Assembly: GCA_002189035.1 (NCBI GenBank)
Contig: NEEC01000011.1
Span: forward strand, 2,542,001 to 2,606,000
Direction of reading: 5' to 3'
DNA from: Utricularia gibba
Taxonomy: Eukaryota > Plantae > Magnoliophyta
Length of the DNA stretch: 64,000 nucleotides
Shown here in pieces: positions 10,473 through 24,575 of this stretch. How positions within the stretch are numbered: position 1 is the first letter of the stretch; each line of letters begins with the position of its first letter. A model generated the notes under the pieces. It saw only the letters and a program-made list of their open reading frames with translations, was not told the DNA's origin and did no database searches. A program made the position numbers and the translations under genes.

Positions 10473-13400
10473 ATGGCTCCTCGCTCTAGCAAGAGCAAAG
10501 GGAACCCCAAGAGCAAGACTGACAAGAAGAAGAAGGAGGAAAAAGGTAAGCCCAGAACCCACTCACCCAGAGGCAAGCAGTGCCTGTGCGTTTCACCCCT
10601 TTCTCCCGTTCTGAATGCGTTGTGTTGTGCCCCGCAGTCGTGCCCACCGTCGTGGATGTCACCGTAATCACCCCGTATGAAACCCAGCTCGTCCTTAAGG
10701 TACCACCATTTTCTCCTCCTTGGTTTCATCGAAGCGGCGTTTGCTCATTGGCTGCGTTCAGGGTATCTCCACTGACAAGATTCTCGACGTCAAGAAGCTG
10801 TTGGCTGCCAACCTTGAGACTTGCCATCTCACAGACTTCTCTCTTTCCCACGAAGTTAGTGAAATTGCATTGGCTCCTCTTTTTTACTATTATTATTGCT
10901 TTCATCCCCCCATCTTTCCTCTTACATATAATTCTGTTCTCATCCCTTCATTTTCATTTTTTTCATCTTCACACTTCACGATAATGGCGATGATCATCCC
11001 TGTTTTCAGCACTAGTTTCAACTTCCTTTTGTATGGCTTTCGAATTTACGACCGTACAAGTTAGGGTTGGATTTAGAAAGAAATGGGTGTGTAGTAATTG
11101 ACATGGTGGTGTGGGGGCAGGTGAAAGGCCAGAAATTGAACGACAAGGTAGAGGTGGTTAGCCTCAAGCCATGTCTGCTCAGAATGAACCAAGGTAGTGC
11201 AACTCTACTTGCCCTGTCGACTTATTTTCTTTTATGGGTATTTTGATTTTGGAGTTGTGACGAGATTTCGGTACATTAGTGCTGGTATGATCGCGTCTAT
11301 TGTCGAAAGAATGAAGGAGATGGATTACTTGCAGAAATGGGATTAGGTTCTAATAACTATCAATGTTGTCCAAGGGAATGTGATTTGGTTTGTATGGAGG
11401 GAATTTGGCTTTTCTTTTCTTGGTTACGTCTTTCCATATTTGTCTTCTTTTTTTTTGAATATTGGATTTACATAAAGAAAAGAAGGTGGACTAAAATCGA
11501 ATTATTAAATGTTTGGTACTGGTAGTGGGTCCCAGGCGGATATTCTCTGTTAAACGAGATATTTTTGCCACTGTTTGTCTTGTGAATAACGGAATTACCA
11601 TTGTTGATCGTTGCAGAGGACTACGCGGATGAGTCGCGCGCGGTATCTCATGTTCGGAGAGTACTTGACGTCATCGCGTGTACAACGCGCTTCGCCAAGC
11701 CGAAATGCGGCGGCGGTGGTGGAGGAGCGGAATCTCGACCGAAGAAGAGTAGTAAGGTCCAGCCGACGAGGGCGGTTGCGGAGGCTCCGGATGTTGAATC
11801 GGTGTGTACGGCGACCGCGAAGCAGGCAGTTGCTACGAGCTATGATATGGTCGCGATTCATCCAATCCCGAAGCTCTCGGATTTTTATGAGTTCTTCAAC
11901 TTCTCCCACGTTACTCCGCCCATACTACGTGCGTTGCTTTTTTTTTTTTTTTTCCTGTTTCGGATTTGCGTTCTTGCAGATGAAAATCCGGCAACATTCT
12001 GTGAATGCAGATATCAAAAGATTGGATAGCAAGGATGGAGAAACGCGACGAGAGGGCGATTACTTCGAAATGCAGGTGTCTATTTATAGTAGTGGCGTTA
12101 TCAACTTTGAACAAGGCTTTACATGTCGAGCACACTTTGGCTAATCTTATTACGCTGCAGTAAACATTTTTTTCAAGGCTACTGCAGCGCTGCTGTACTC
12201 AAGTGGCATATGTTACTTAAGATTTTTCGAGAATTATCTTTTGACTGAGGCTGGTTTTGGCTAAATGAGCAAAATTCTGGAGGGGCTGATGATGGCATGT
12301 CTTTATTTATGCAGATAAAGTTATGTAACGGGAAGATAGTTCAAGTAATGGCATCAGTGAAGGGGTTTTACACTTTGGGAAAGCAATTGTTGCATAGTCA
12401 TTCGCTGGTGGATCTTCTACAACAACAAAGTCAAGCTTTCGCCAATGTGGGTGATTCTGAATTTTTTTTTTCTTTTTGCTAATAATCAGGTGTCACGATA
12501 TGCCTGGGGGATACGTAATCTTATAATATTTTTTTTTGTAGGCATATGCATCCTTGATGAAAGCATTTTCTGAACATAACAAGGTAATACTGTATTCGGT
12601 TTCGTCCCCACTTGCATCTGTTGGTGATTCCGTTGAAAATTGAGTAAATATGTTTCTCTTTCAGTTTGGCAACCTTCCCTATGGTTTCCGTGCCAACACC
12701 TGGCTTGTTCCGCCAACCATCACCAATTCTTCATGGAATTATGTGCCCCTTGCTGCAGAGGATGAAAACTGGGGAGGAAATGGTGGAGGGCAGGGAAGGT
12801 TAGGAGAATATGATCGTAGGCCATGGTTTAGATACTTTGAGATATTGGCAAATCTACCTTGCAAAACTGAAGAGGAAAGAGTTGTCCGAGATAGGAAGGC
12901 ATTTTTGGTTCATAATCTGTTTCTAGATGTGTCAATTTTTAAAGCTGTGTCAGAAATAGACAAAGTTGCACGCTCTGCTTCTGGTGATACCTCAAAATGC
13001 CCCCCGGGATCAATTGCACATGAAAGTCGGATTGGAGATCTTTCTGTAACAATCAGAAGAGATCAGTCAGAAGCAACTTGGGAGAGAGGGGCCAAGATCA
13101 TCGGCTGCAGATCTGCTGATGAATCTACAATGGATGTGTCTCGAAGAAATTTGCTTAAAGGGCTAACTTCTGATGAAAATGTGGTCGTACAAGTAAGTCT
13201 CGCATACTAAAATTCCACATCTGAAGGCTGGTGGGTACTTTTGCTCAAAGCTGCTTAATCTTAATTGCTTTTCCTTAAAGCCTCTCACATGTCAATTAGG
13301 TACTTATTCATATAGCATGCCGAAATTGCAAAGAAGAATATTGGAAAAACCTATTTCTCCACTATATGCTTTAAATGGAACTAGTCTTAAAAAGGGTGCT

Positions 13401-16400
13401 CGAGATGACCCTTTTCCTCCAGCAGATTTGGGCTTGCTACTGTTCGTTTTCTAATATGTCTGCTTTATTGATGTGAGTGTCTGGCCATCCATTCCAGGAT
13501 ACTGAAGCATTGGGTGTTGTGGTTGTAAGACATTGTGGCTATACTGCAACTGTCAAGGTTGTCGGGGACACGAAGAATGGAAAGAGACATCTGGAAGATA
13601 TAGATATTGAGGATCAACCTGAAGGTGGAGCAAATGCTCTGAATGTTAATAGGTTAGTATTAACTATTTCTTTAATGTCACTCCTCAGGATTGTGATGCC
13701 TGGAGTTAAGAATTGGTTTATTGTTGTACGGCCGTTGCTTGTTGAGAGATCTGTAGCTTTTAGATGAGGATTGTCATTGATGGGATTTCGTGTCACAAAT
13801 TGGATGAGATAATTTTGACCTGATCAACAAATTGGTGTATTTTACAGTTTAAGAGCAATTCTCCACAAGCCATCACCGGAATCTTTGATTGGTGGTCATA
13901 GTCATCTATCTGATTCACTTGCTATTGAAAATTCGAAAGCTCTAGTAGAGAAAGTTATCAAAGACAGTCTGTCAAAGCTGGATGAGAACACTGATACCAC
14001 AGAAAACTCGATAAGATGGGAACTTGTTTCTTGTTGGGTGCAGCATCTACAGAAGCAGGAAACACCAGGAGATGGCAATTCGGGTAGTAATAAAGATGAT
14101 AAGAAGATTGAATCTGCAGTTAAAGGGCTTGGAAAACAGTTTAAAATGTTGAAGAAGAGGGAAAAGAAAATGAGTTCCCCTAATGGTGATGCTGAAGAGA
14201 ATACACTTGGATCGAGTAACCGAGACCTGGAGACAAGTACAGATGAGGCCAAGGTCGACGATTCCAATTATGAATTACACAAATATATTTCTGAAGATGC
14301 GTTTACGCGATTGAAGCAAATTGGTGTTGACCTTCACACTAAGGTACCTTTTCTCTTCTTTTGAATATTTCGTTGATCCATGAAATTATGTTATTGATCT
14401 CCATGGCTGGTCCCTGAAAAAATGGCCTGCCTTTTTTAAAAAAGAAAATTATTTTTATGATCCACTGCTTCCCATGCAGACCGTGGATGAGCTTTTGAAG
14501 ATGGCACATGAGTACTATCAAGATATTGCTTTGCCGAAACTGGTATAATATAAGTTTATAGTGAACTAGAAATGTGAAGTTTTTTTGTTTCCTATTTACA
14601 TATTCCCATTCTGTAATCTTTTCAGGTCACGGATTTCGCATCTCTTGAACTTTCCCCTGTTGATGGTCGTACTCTTACTGACTTCATGCATCTTAGGGGA
14701 CTACAGATGCGTTCCTTAGGTCGTGTGGTGGGTTGACGATCTCTATTGTTTCTCAATTATAAAAAGTCTCCATGATATGGCTTTTGAACATCAAAAAACA
14801 TCGATTTCTTGCAGGTTGACCTTGCAGTTAAGCTTCCTCACATACAGTCTCTTTGTATTCATGAGATGGTGGCACGTGCTTTTAAGCATGTTCTTCGAGC
14901 TGTAGTTGCATCTGTCGAGAGCATAGATAACATGTCTGCTGCCATCGCCTCATGTTTAAATTTTTTGCTGGGATATTCCGATGTTGATCAAAATCTCAAA
15001 TTACAATGGATAAAGAGCTTTTTGGAGAGAAGATTTGGATGGAAACTGAAAGATGAACTACAGCACATAAGGAAGATATCAGTTCTCCAGGGACTTTGCC
15101 ACAAGGTTCCCTTTGAAATGATTTGTAAACACCATCTATCTGAAATACTCACCACTTCCCTTTAGGTTGGACTAGAGTTGGCTGCTAAGGACTACGATTT
15201 GGAGAGTTCCAGCCCATTCGAGAGTTCGGACATCATCAGTATAGTGCCAGTCTGTAAGGTATACTCATGGTTCTTTTTGGAATAATAGATTTCTTTACTC
15301 ATCCTTTCTTTGGCCAATTCAGCATGTAGGGTGCTCCTCTGCGGATGGCCGAACTCTGCTTGAATCATCGAAGATTGCTCTGGACAAGGGGAAGCTAGAA
15401 GATGCCGTTAACTATGGAACAAAGGTACCATAGCTGTACTTCCTAGATTATGTGTGCAATATTCTCAAATCTCACTTTGAAATTGTTATAATGAAAGGCT
15501 CTGGCGAAGATGATAGCTGTATGCGGTCCATATCACCGAACGACTGCAAGTGCCTACAGTCTTCTTGCTGTTGTTCTGTATCATACTGGAGATTTCAATC
15601 AGGTAGAATTAGACTTCTGTGCTTCCAACTTAAAGAGCGGTTTGAAGGAGCTTTGCATGAACCCTCATTTCTTCTGAGAAGCATAAACCTCATCTCTTGA
15701 TTCTCATGCAGCCTTTCTGTTTTCTTCTGACACCAAACTGTAACTGTTCCTTGTTAGGCAACAATATACCAGCAGAAAGCACTTGATATCAATGAAAGAG
15801 AGCTCGGGCTTGATCATCCAGATACCATGAAGAGCTACGGGGATCTGTCAGTGTTTTACTACCGTCTTCAACACATTGAGTTGGCTCTAAAGTAGGCACC
15901 AGTGTCTGCGTCTCTGAGAGACTTTCTTCACGTACTCTTTTGTGGGCTAACTCAACTTCATCTCGTCAACCATGGCAGATATGTCAACCGTGCATTGTAC
16001 CTTCTTCATTTCACATGTGGGCTTGCACACCCAAATACAGCAGCTACTTACATAAACGTGGCTATGATGGAGGAGGGTATGGGAAATGTTCATGTTGCGC
16101 TCAGATATTTGCATGAAGCTCTCAAGTGCAATCAAAGATTACTAGGAGCTGATCATATACAGGTCTGTTTTCATACTTTTAATAATTCACAAAATCATTC
16201 ATAATTCATGAACACTTTTGACACAATATTCGACACTTGGTTGCTGTGTCCTGACAGACTGCTGCTAGCTATCACGCCATTGCCATAGCTCTTTCGTTGA
16301 TGGAAGCATACACACTGAGTGTGCAGCATGAAAAAACCACCCTGCAAATTCTTCAAGCAAAACTTGGAGCAGATGATCTTCGCACGCAGGTTAAGACAAT

Positions 16401-18702
16401 TTCATTCCATTTTTTGCTCAATATAATTTGTAGGTTTAAGAATAAACTTTTATGATGGTGAAGATTCGTTTCCATTAATTCATGGTAAACGACGGGATTA
16501 GGAAATAGACTTCTTTCAACTTTGTATTAAATCTACTTTTCCAATCAGAGTTGACCAATTTTCAATCTTTTTTTCTTTTCATTGCATGGTTCCATTTGGT
16601 GTGTGAATAGCCGCATTTGTTCTGGTGCCTAGGAATCAAAGTTGCTTCAGTACTAGTGAGTGTTGCTCAATTCACCAGTAAACTGCAGGATGCTGCTGCA
16701 TGGCTCGAATACTTCGAGTCAAAAGCCCTGGAACAGCAAGAAGCTGCACGGACCGGAACCCCAAAGCTGGATGCATCCATTGCCAGCAAAGGTCATCTCA
16801 GGTACTCATGTGACACCTGCATTTGACTTCGTTGTGAGCGCTCTACATGATTCTTTTATTCTTGTTTCAGTGTGTCAGATCTTCTTGACTACATTAGTCC
16901 AGATCAGGAATCAAAGGCAGGTGAAGCTCAAAGGAGGCGGCGGTCAAAGGTACAATCCGAATTGACGATCAAGTTAAATGTAGAATTTAGTATAGTGGCT
17001 GAGACCTGAAGTTATACAATTAAATCTACTTGTATGCTTCACTTTGTCTCTTAGGTTTTCCCAGTTGGTGATGCATCCCCCACGGAGCAGCACGAGGGAA
17101 ACATTGAAAGTTTCACCAGCAATGGAAGCATAGAAGTTACTGATGTGTTGGAAAATGGCCAGATAGGAGAGCATAAAGTTGAGATCAAGTCCGCCCCTGA
17201 ACAATCTGACGACAATGAAATAACAGAACAAGATAGCTCACTTCAAGAGGAACTTGACCAAGGTGTCATGTCAGATGAAGGGTGGCAGGAAGCTATTCCG
17301 AAAGGCAGATCTGGAAATGGAGCTACAAGAAAATTAAACAAGAGGCGTCCAGATCTTGCCAAGTTAAAGATAAACTCTCCTGCTTCCAACTACAAGGACA
17401 GCCTCCATAAAAAAGACACCATCCCACCGTCTAATAAGGTCCTGCCGAAGTCTGCTTCTTCCGAAGGCCCTCCACACAGAAAAGCAGCGGTAGTTGATGA
17501 TGAAGCAACGAAGGTGTCTCCAAACCTTTCAGGAGCTAAAAATTCAGTAGTGACCGTTCCTCTGCCGCCAGCAAGTCTCACAGCATTAGCATCAAAGTCC
17601 TTGTCTTATAAAGAGGTGGCAGTTGCTGCTCCAGGTACAATCTTAAAGCCTGCACCGGAGAAAGTGGAGGAAAAGCGTGCTGAAGAAACTGACATCCAGG
17701 CACGTGATGGTTCAACCGAAACAGCACAAGAGGTTCTGGAGATTGTGGTTTCACAAGATGCATCATCATTAGAATGCAGTGGACTGAAACCAGACTCCGA
17801 GGATGACAATACCGAAGAAACTGGACCTGATTCAGCAGATACCAATCCTGATAGTGATGGCACCCCGTCTCCTGTCGACCAGGAGAGACCTGCAGAAACA
17901 AATGGAAGCAAACTCTCAGCTTCCGCTGAGCCATTCAGTCCGAGCTCCTATGCTTTGGCACATGCGCTTGGCACAACTGCTGCTGCTGCTGTCTGTGATC
18001 CTGCCTCCACCCAAGGAACGTTTGTGGAACTAGTGGGATTCCCTCCAGTCACTGCCAGAGTTCCCTGCGGTCCCAGGTCACCCATGTATTATCGGGCAAG
18101 CCATGGCTTTCGAATGAGACCCGGGTATGCGAATTACCAGGTTCGGGGTTCAGACAGAAGTGGTTTTACTTCCCCGAAGACAATGAATCCACATGCCGTG
18201 GAGTATGTTCCGAAACGACCTCAGCCAACAGATGTCTCAGCTGAGGATGACAAAACTGCTGCTGATCCTTCAACTGAGTCTAATTCTGGTCCCATGAGTT
18301 CTTCCGGAGAGGAGACTCTTGATGATAATGCTGCTGCATCTAGCATCAACGGAAAAGGACTGGGTTACATCTCTGATGCAGACAGAGCCGACCTCGCGAG
18401 GCAGATACTGCTGAGCTTCATTGTAAAGTCAGTACAGCGGGCTGCTGACCCGAAGCTGCCCTCCAGCAACCGAGAAGAAGACTGCAGCATCCTTGGCAAG
18501 TTCATCTGACGCAATTGCAACAAATCCGCCCCCAGAATCCGGCGATGGCCAAAAGGGGGAGACCACAGCCACCGCCGAAGGCAAGGCTCGTGATGGGGAA
18601 GGATTTGTTCTGGTCACCAAGCGGAGGAAAAACAAGCAGCATTTCAGCAACGGCGCCCATGGCCTGTACCGTCAGCAATCCATATGCGCATCTGCTCGTT
18701 GA
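10473..18702 (+). CDS. CLU-domain/TPR protein, TSS / REDUCED CHLOROPLAST COVERAGE family (most like REC3/At1g15290); over 20 exons; one frameshift near 18460 as assembled
   Basis: [48 protein letters not shown]..TPRs ([23 protein letters not shown])..[45 protein letters not shown]. Confidence 0.92.
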
Positions 18703-19110
18703 TTGGTTAACTCCACCCTCTGCATGCTTTTTGCTGTGGAAGTATCCTTTCCAAACAAAAATGGGGTGATTGTCACTGGGTTTGTGAACTCTTGAAGATC
18801 CCATTCGAGCAAAGTTTTGTTGAGGATCATCGAAATAAAGAAACATGGCCCGAAGCTGCTGCGGCCATGGGTGGTTGTGAGGTGTAAAGATTTTACCATT
18901 TAGCATGGGCTTATGGACTAATTTAGTTCATTTAATTAGTAGCAATTGGAGGATGAGCTCATCTCATCTCTCATCCATTGGACCATGTGCACTGCAGCTG
19001 CAACTGGGGTGTGTCGCGAGGACGACGAGATCCCTTCCTTCCCTATCTTCTATCCTCCTTATCCACTTCTCAGCCAACGGTTCTCGTGTTCTCGAAAGAA
19101 GGTACGCACG

Positions 19111-19148
19111 CCCTGCCCTGCGCTGCCCTGCCCTGCGCTGCCCTGCCC
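19111..19148. repeat. Short tandem repeat of CCCTG/CGCTG pentamers
   Basis: ccctgccctgcgctgccctgccctgcgctgccctgccc read directly. Confidence 0.9.
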
Positions 19149-19303
19149 TTTTCATTACACACACAAGGCATTGATGATATTCAGACACGGATTCATCAAA
19201 ACAAAACAAAATGATGCTGCAATCAGTGAGTGCTTCTTCTTCCTTCATACATGGTTTTAACTGAGACACATTGACCCAGAGTAATCCACCCCCACACACA
19301 ATA

Positions 19304-19334
19304 AAACCCTAAACCCTAAAACCTAAACCCCAAA
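19304..19334. repeat. Short plant telomere-type array, (AAACCCT) x2 perfect plus 2 degenerate units
   Basis: aaaccctaaaccctaaaacctaaaccccaaa. Confidence 0.8.
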
Positions 19335-20166
19335 TGTTAGTAGTACGCGGGAGGTAAATGATATTAATGGGTGCGCCAGGAAACGACAGAGGGCCTTCAT
19401 GTCATGTACGAGTAGGACAAACGACTATGTACACGTGTCCCACCCTCCTCTCCTATCACAATTTCTAACATTTTTACTCCCATCATTATTAGCCCCGCCC
19501 CACCTCTATTTCTTTATTATGCTTGGATAAAAGTGTGAAATTAGCATTTATATTTCGAAAACAAAAAAAAAAAATACAATTTCGAACAATTTTTTAAGAA
19601 AACAAGAAATATTTCATTTAAAAAAAATCAAATTTTTTAAAAAATATTTCTTAATTTCAAGAAATTATACAGCTTATATTTTTTAGAATCAATTCTCAAG
19701 AAACATCATTCTAAAATACGAACAAATTTAATAGAAATTTTTCAAAAAAAAATCAAAATTTAAAAAGTTTCGATAAAATTTAAACATATCCGCGCTCGGA
19801 GGACGGATATCTGTTTCCTTTTATGACATCCACAAAGTTTGTTCTCACACTCGCTTTATGCATCGGGTCCGAATTCGATGTACGGCCACTCTGATATTTT
19901 CATTTTGAATTTTTGTTTTTTTTTAATTTTAATTCGTTGGACTTTGAATGTGTAACCAACGGCTGGTGGTGCGGTTGTGCACCTTAATTGGGGTGGAGTC
20001 CATTGCTGCGTATTATTTCCCTGGCATGAGATGATGATGATAAGGCAAAATTAACAACAACAACAGCAACCACGGATTTTGGTGCTATAAATAGGGGCAC
20101 CATTTCCTCGCACCGCTTTTCTTGTGCTCTTGTTTTGTTTGTCCGGAAACTCCACTTCCTTCTCCA

Positions 20167-23100
20167 ATGGCGTTGCTACCGGATCTGGGCACTGAGATCG
20201 TCATTCCTGTGTGTGCAGCCGTCGGTATCGTGTTCTCGCTTGTGCAGTGGTACCTCGTTTCCAAAGTCAAGCTCACGCCGGGGGCCTCCACCGCCTCGGA
20301 CAATGGGAGGAATGGCTACGAGCACCTGATTGAGGAGGAGGAAGGCGTCAGCGGACATCACATCGTCGCTAAGTGCGCCGACATCCAGAGCGCTATTTCC
20401 GAGGGTCGGTGTTGCTCCAGATCTCATAGAATTACGCCAGATCTGATCCTTTCTGTGCTTCGTCTCTGTTTTCGTGTCCGCGGTTCTTGCTTTTTTTGTT
20501 CTTTCGTTTTTTGGTTTTGGTCTTGGCTGTTGGATTCTACTCTGCCTTTTGAGTTAAACACTTGGTTCATAGATCCATGTTGAATAAGAAGCTTGAGTAG
20601 TTGCCGGCGGTTTGTTTTGTTTTGTGTATACTTTTCAACATGATTTTTATGGTTCTCTTTCATTCTTCTGTGGAACAGTATTATGTTCTTACACGGCGTT
20701 GAGTTTTCCACTCCGTGGAGAAACGCCCCTATGGGTTATTTTATATATTTTATGTTTATCAGTATTAATGTTGGTTGTGGTTGGGCAGCTACTTATTGTT
20801 TTTCTTACTCCAATTTCGCTGCTTCTGTCGTTTTCATGATAAATAACTTCCATCGTTTTATTCATGCATAATTATAGATCCTATTAAATGGGGGTTGCTA
20901 GCTGCGTTTGAGGAGCCTTTTATTACATGTTATTTGAACTCTTTGCCTACTTAAGTTCGGGCGTCCAACTTAGTCCGCAGAAGCAGTTGTTTTTGGTATG
21001 GGGCTTGATCTTCTTCTGGGTAATGCATAGTAGTTTATTTGATGGTGACCTGAGTGGTAGTTCTTGTGTTACAGGTACAACGTCCTTTCTGTAGTTTCTG
21101 TGTACGGAGAATCGGTATGTGGGGATGTTCTTTGTTATATTTGCGGTCCTCATATTTGTTTCTGTGTGCATGGTTTCTTGCCTTTTTTTTTCTTTTTTTT
21201 TTTAATTATCTTGGCTGTTAAATTTCATCCTGTCTTTTGGGTTTGTATATACTTCTGAAGATAGTTTTCCGGTTCCTGGTATTGGTTTTTTCCCGGGTTT
21301 TAACTGCGTGAAGAGATGGCCCCATGGATTATATATATTTTATGTTTATCAGTAATTATGTAGGTTCTTGTTGGGCAGCAGCGCATTGTCTGTTTTTGCT
21401 CGAAATTCGTTGTTTCTCTCGCTTTATTCATGCATCATTTGTACATGGCATTAAGGGTGGTTGTTTTTGGTTGCTGATGTTTCTTTGCCTACTTGTGTTT
21501 TAGGCTTTTAACTGGTAGGAGGATAAGTTTGCATTCATCACGTCTACCTCAGTTGTCAGACTCGGTTGTATATGGTTTCGGAGCTTTTTCTTCTTCTGGG
21601 AAATGTATAAAAGTTTATTTGATGGTAACCTGAATGGTAATTTTTGTGTTACAGGTGCAACATCATTTCTGTATACCGAGTATCGGTATGTCGGGGTGTT
21701 CATGGTTATATTTGCTGTCCTCATTTTTCTCTTCTTGGGGTCAGTCAAGGGGTTCAGCACTCATAGCCAGCCCTGCACCTATGATACAGAGAAGTTGTGC
21801 AAACCTGCCCTTGCTACTGCAGCCTTCAGCACTCTATCCTTCTTGCTTGGGGCTTTCACGTCCGTTGTTTCTGGATTCCTAGGGATGAAAATTGCAACAT
21901 ATGCAAACGCTAGAACAACTTTAGAAGCAAGAAAGGGTGTTGGAAAAGCTTTTATCGTTGCCTTTAGGTCTGGTGCAGTCATGGGCTTTCTTCTTGCTGC
22001 AAATGGCCTCTTGGTTCTGTACATTGCTATCAATGTTTTCAAGATCTATTACGAAGATGATTGGGAAGGTTTGTTCGAGGCAATTACTGGCTATGGTCTT
22101 GGTGGATCCTCAATGGCATTGTTTGGAAGAGTCGGAGGTGGTATCTACACAAAAGCTGCTGATGTTGGTGCTGATCTCGTCGGAAAAGTAGAACGGAACA
22201 TCCCTGAAGACGATCCCAGGAATCCTGCTGTAAGCCTCCCTAACCATCTTTTTTTGATACTCCAAGTAAAATGTGGTCACAATTTTTTTTTTCTGTGAAC
22301 TCAGGTGATTGCTGATAATGTTGGTGACAATGTAGGAGATATTGCTGGAATGGGTTCTGATCTTTTTGGCTCTTATGCTGAATCTTCTTGTGCAGCTCTT
22401 GTTGTAGCTTCAATATCCTCTTTTGGACTGACTCATGACTTGACTGCCATGTTGTATCCCTTGCTCATTAGTTCTGTGGGAATTCTTGTCTGTCTGATCA
22501 CCACACTTTTTGCTACCGACTTTTTTGAGATCAAGGTGGTGAAGGAAATTGAGCCAGCACTAAAAAAGCAACTCATTATCTCCACAATCCTTATGACCAT
22601 CGGGATTTTCATTGTTTCCTTCACCTGCTTGCCGTCATCTTTCACCATTTTCAATTTTGGCGCACAAAAAGTTGTGAGGAACTGGTAAGCCCTAATGAAT
22701 TCCTCTTAAATGCATTCATCTCATTTTTGGTGCTTCATGTCTTAACAATTTCCGTGTTGTTTGGCTTCAGGCACCTTGCTATCTGTGTTTGTGTTGGCCT
22801 CTGGGCAGGACTCATCATTGGTTTTGTGACAGAGTACTACACCAGCAACGCATACAGGTGCAGTTCTCACAGATTTTGTGCTTATTTTTTTGTCAATCTA
22901 CTAACCTGTCCTAGTTCTCTTTTCCAGTCCTGTACAAGATGTGGCTGATTCCTGCCGAACAGGCGCCGCAACAAATGTCATTTTTGGCCTAGCGTTGGGA
23001 TACAAATCTGTTATCATTCCAATCTTTGCAATCGCAGTTAGCATATTTGTTAGCTTCTCCTTAGCTGCAATGTATGGTATTGCTGTGGCTGCCTTGGGGA

Positions 23101-24182
23101 TGCTGAGCACCATCGCTACTGGCCTAGCTATTGACGCTTATGGTCCAATCAGTGACAATGCTGGAGGAATTGCTGAGATGGCTGGCATGAGCCACAAGAT
23201 CCGCGAGAGAACTGATGCCCTCGATGCTGCTGGTAACACTACTGCTGCTATCGGAAAGGTGCGATTGTGCTCCATTTCAGTATTTGGTTGGATCTCTCCG
23301 GTCGCCCTGGTTAATGCGCCTTGGCTTGGTTTCAGGGTTTCGCCATTGGATCTGCTGCACTGGTTTCACTGGCCCTTTTCGGCGCCTTTGTCAGCCGGGC
23401 AGCAATTTCGACGGTTGATGTGTTGACCCCTAAAGTGTTCATCGGTTTGATCGTCGGTGCAATGCTTCCGTATTGGTTCTCCGCCATGACAATGAAGAGT
23501 GTGGGCAGCGCTGCCCTAAAAATGGTGGAGGAAGTTCGCAGACAGTTCAACACCATCCCCGGCATCATGGAGGGCACTACCAAACCAGACTATGCTACAT
23601 GTGTAAAAATTTCCACTGATGCGTCTATCAGAGAGATGATTCCTCCGGGTGCCCTCGTCATGCTCACCCCATTGATCGTCGGAATCTTTTTCGGCGTCGA
23701 GACCCTTTCCGGTGTCCTTGCCGGAGCCCTTGTCTCCGGAGTTCAGGTATACTCACCCCCTCTAGATGAACATGTCTATCAATCTATATCCAGGTTTCTC
23801 ACTTGCACTTGCATCCAAACAGATTGCCATCTCTGCTTCCAATACTGGCGGTGCATGGGACAACGCAAAGAAGTATATTGAGGTAGAAAACATGCAAAAC
23901 CAACCCCCTACCCCCAGATGAGTACACTCAGTGATTCCAGTTTGTGCTGACTGCTCGAAAAATGGCTGTCTTGTGTAGGCGGGTGCTTCCGAGCATGCTC
24001 GGAGCCTCGGGCCGAAGGGATCGGATCCACACAAGGCGGCGGTGATCGGCGACACGATCGGAGACCCTTTGAAGGACACTTCAGGGCCTTCACTCAACAT
24101 CTTGATCAAGCTCATGGCTGTGGAGTCACTGGTTTTTGCTCCCTTTTTTGCCGCTCATGGGGGTTTGCTCTTCAAAATCTGA
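20167..24182 (+). CDS. AVP1: Type I (K+-stimulated) vacuolar H+-translocating pyrophosphatase; exons 20167-20404, 21655-22229, 22305-22684, 22771-22857, 22928-23258, 23336-23746, 23823-23882, 23979-24182
   Basis: Hallmark motifs [67 protein letters not shown] and [23 protein letters not shown]; 8 exons in frame. Confidence 0.98.
20450..21743 (+). repeat. Tandem duplication of AVP1 intron 1 plus the first ~90 nt of exon 2 (unit A about 20450-21163, unit B about 21164-21743); pseudo-exon at 21075-21163
   Basis: Matching blocks include tatattttatgtttatcagta, ctttgcctactt, agtttatttgatggt.acctga.tggta, ttgtgttacaggt.caac and tcggtatgt. Outer boundaries are approximate. Confidence 0.85.
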
Positions 24183-24575
24183 TATGCTGTCCATTTCAGG
24201 CCTCACTAGTTACAACAATTTACAAGAGACGATCCCAGACCCTCAATTTTCAAATCGAACTTGTTTGCCTCGTGTCTGAGACCTTGTTCTGTGACTTCCA
24301 TTTTGAAATAATTTTTTATAAACTATGGGGTTGCATTCCCCAGTGGGTTCCAAAGGTATTGAAAGAATTCACTAGAAAATTACAACTCTGGATAAAACCC
24401 CAAAAAATTCAGCTACCCAATGAATGACCTGCGTTTTTGTACAGAAATGGACAAATTCTGCAGTACCAGCAGTCACTTGGGTTTTTTTTGGAGGTTGGAT
24501 TCACAGGAAAAAGGCACACAGCCCTAGAATCAAGATTAAAGCTTCACCCTCAATGAGATTTCAGTATTCTGCATC

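Noticed and set aside
18960-19260. Possible miRNA precursor (weak resemblance to miR397/miR398/miR408 words)
   Set aside because: No 20-21 nt match to a known mature miRNA and no extended fold-back visible.
19540-19830. AT-rich tract with ATATCCG..CGGATAT inverted motif upstream of AVP1
   Set aside because: No terminal inverted repeats or target-site duplication could be defined, so it was not called a MITE.
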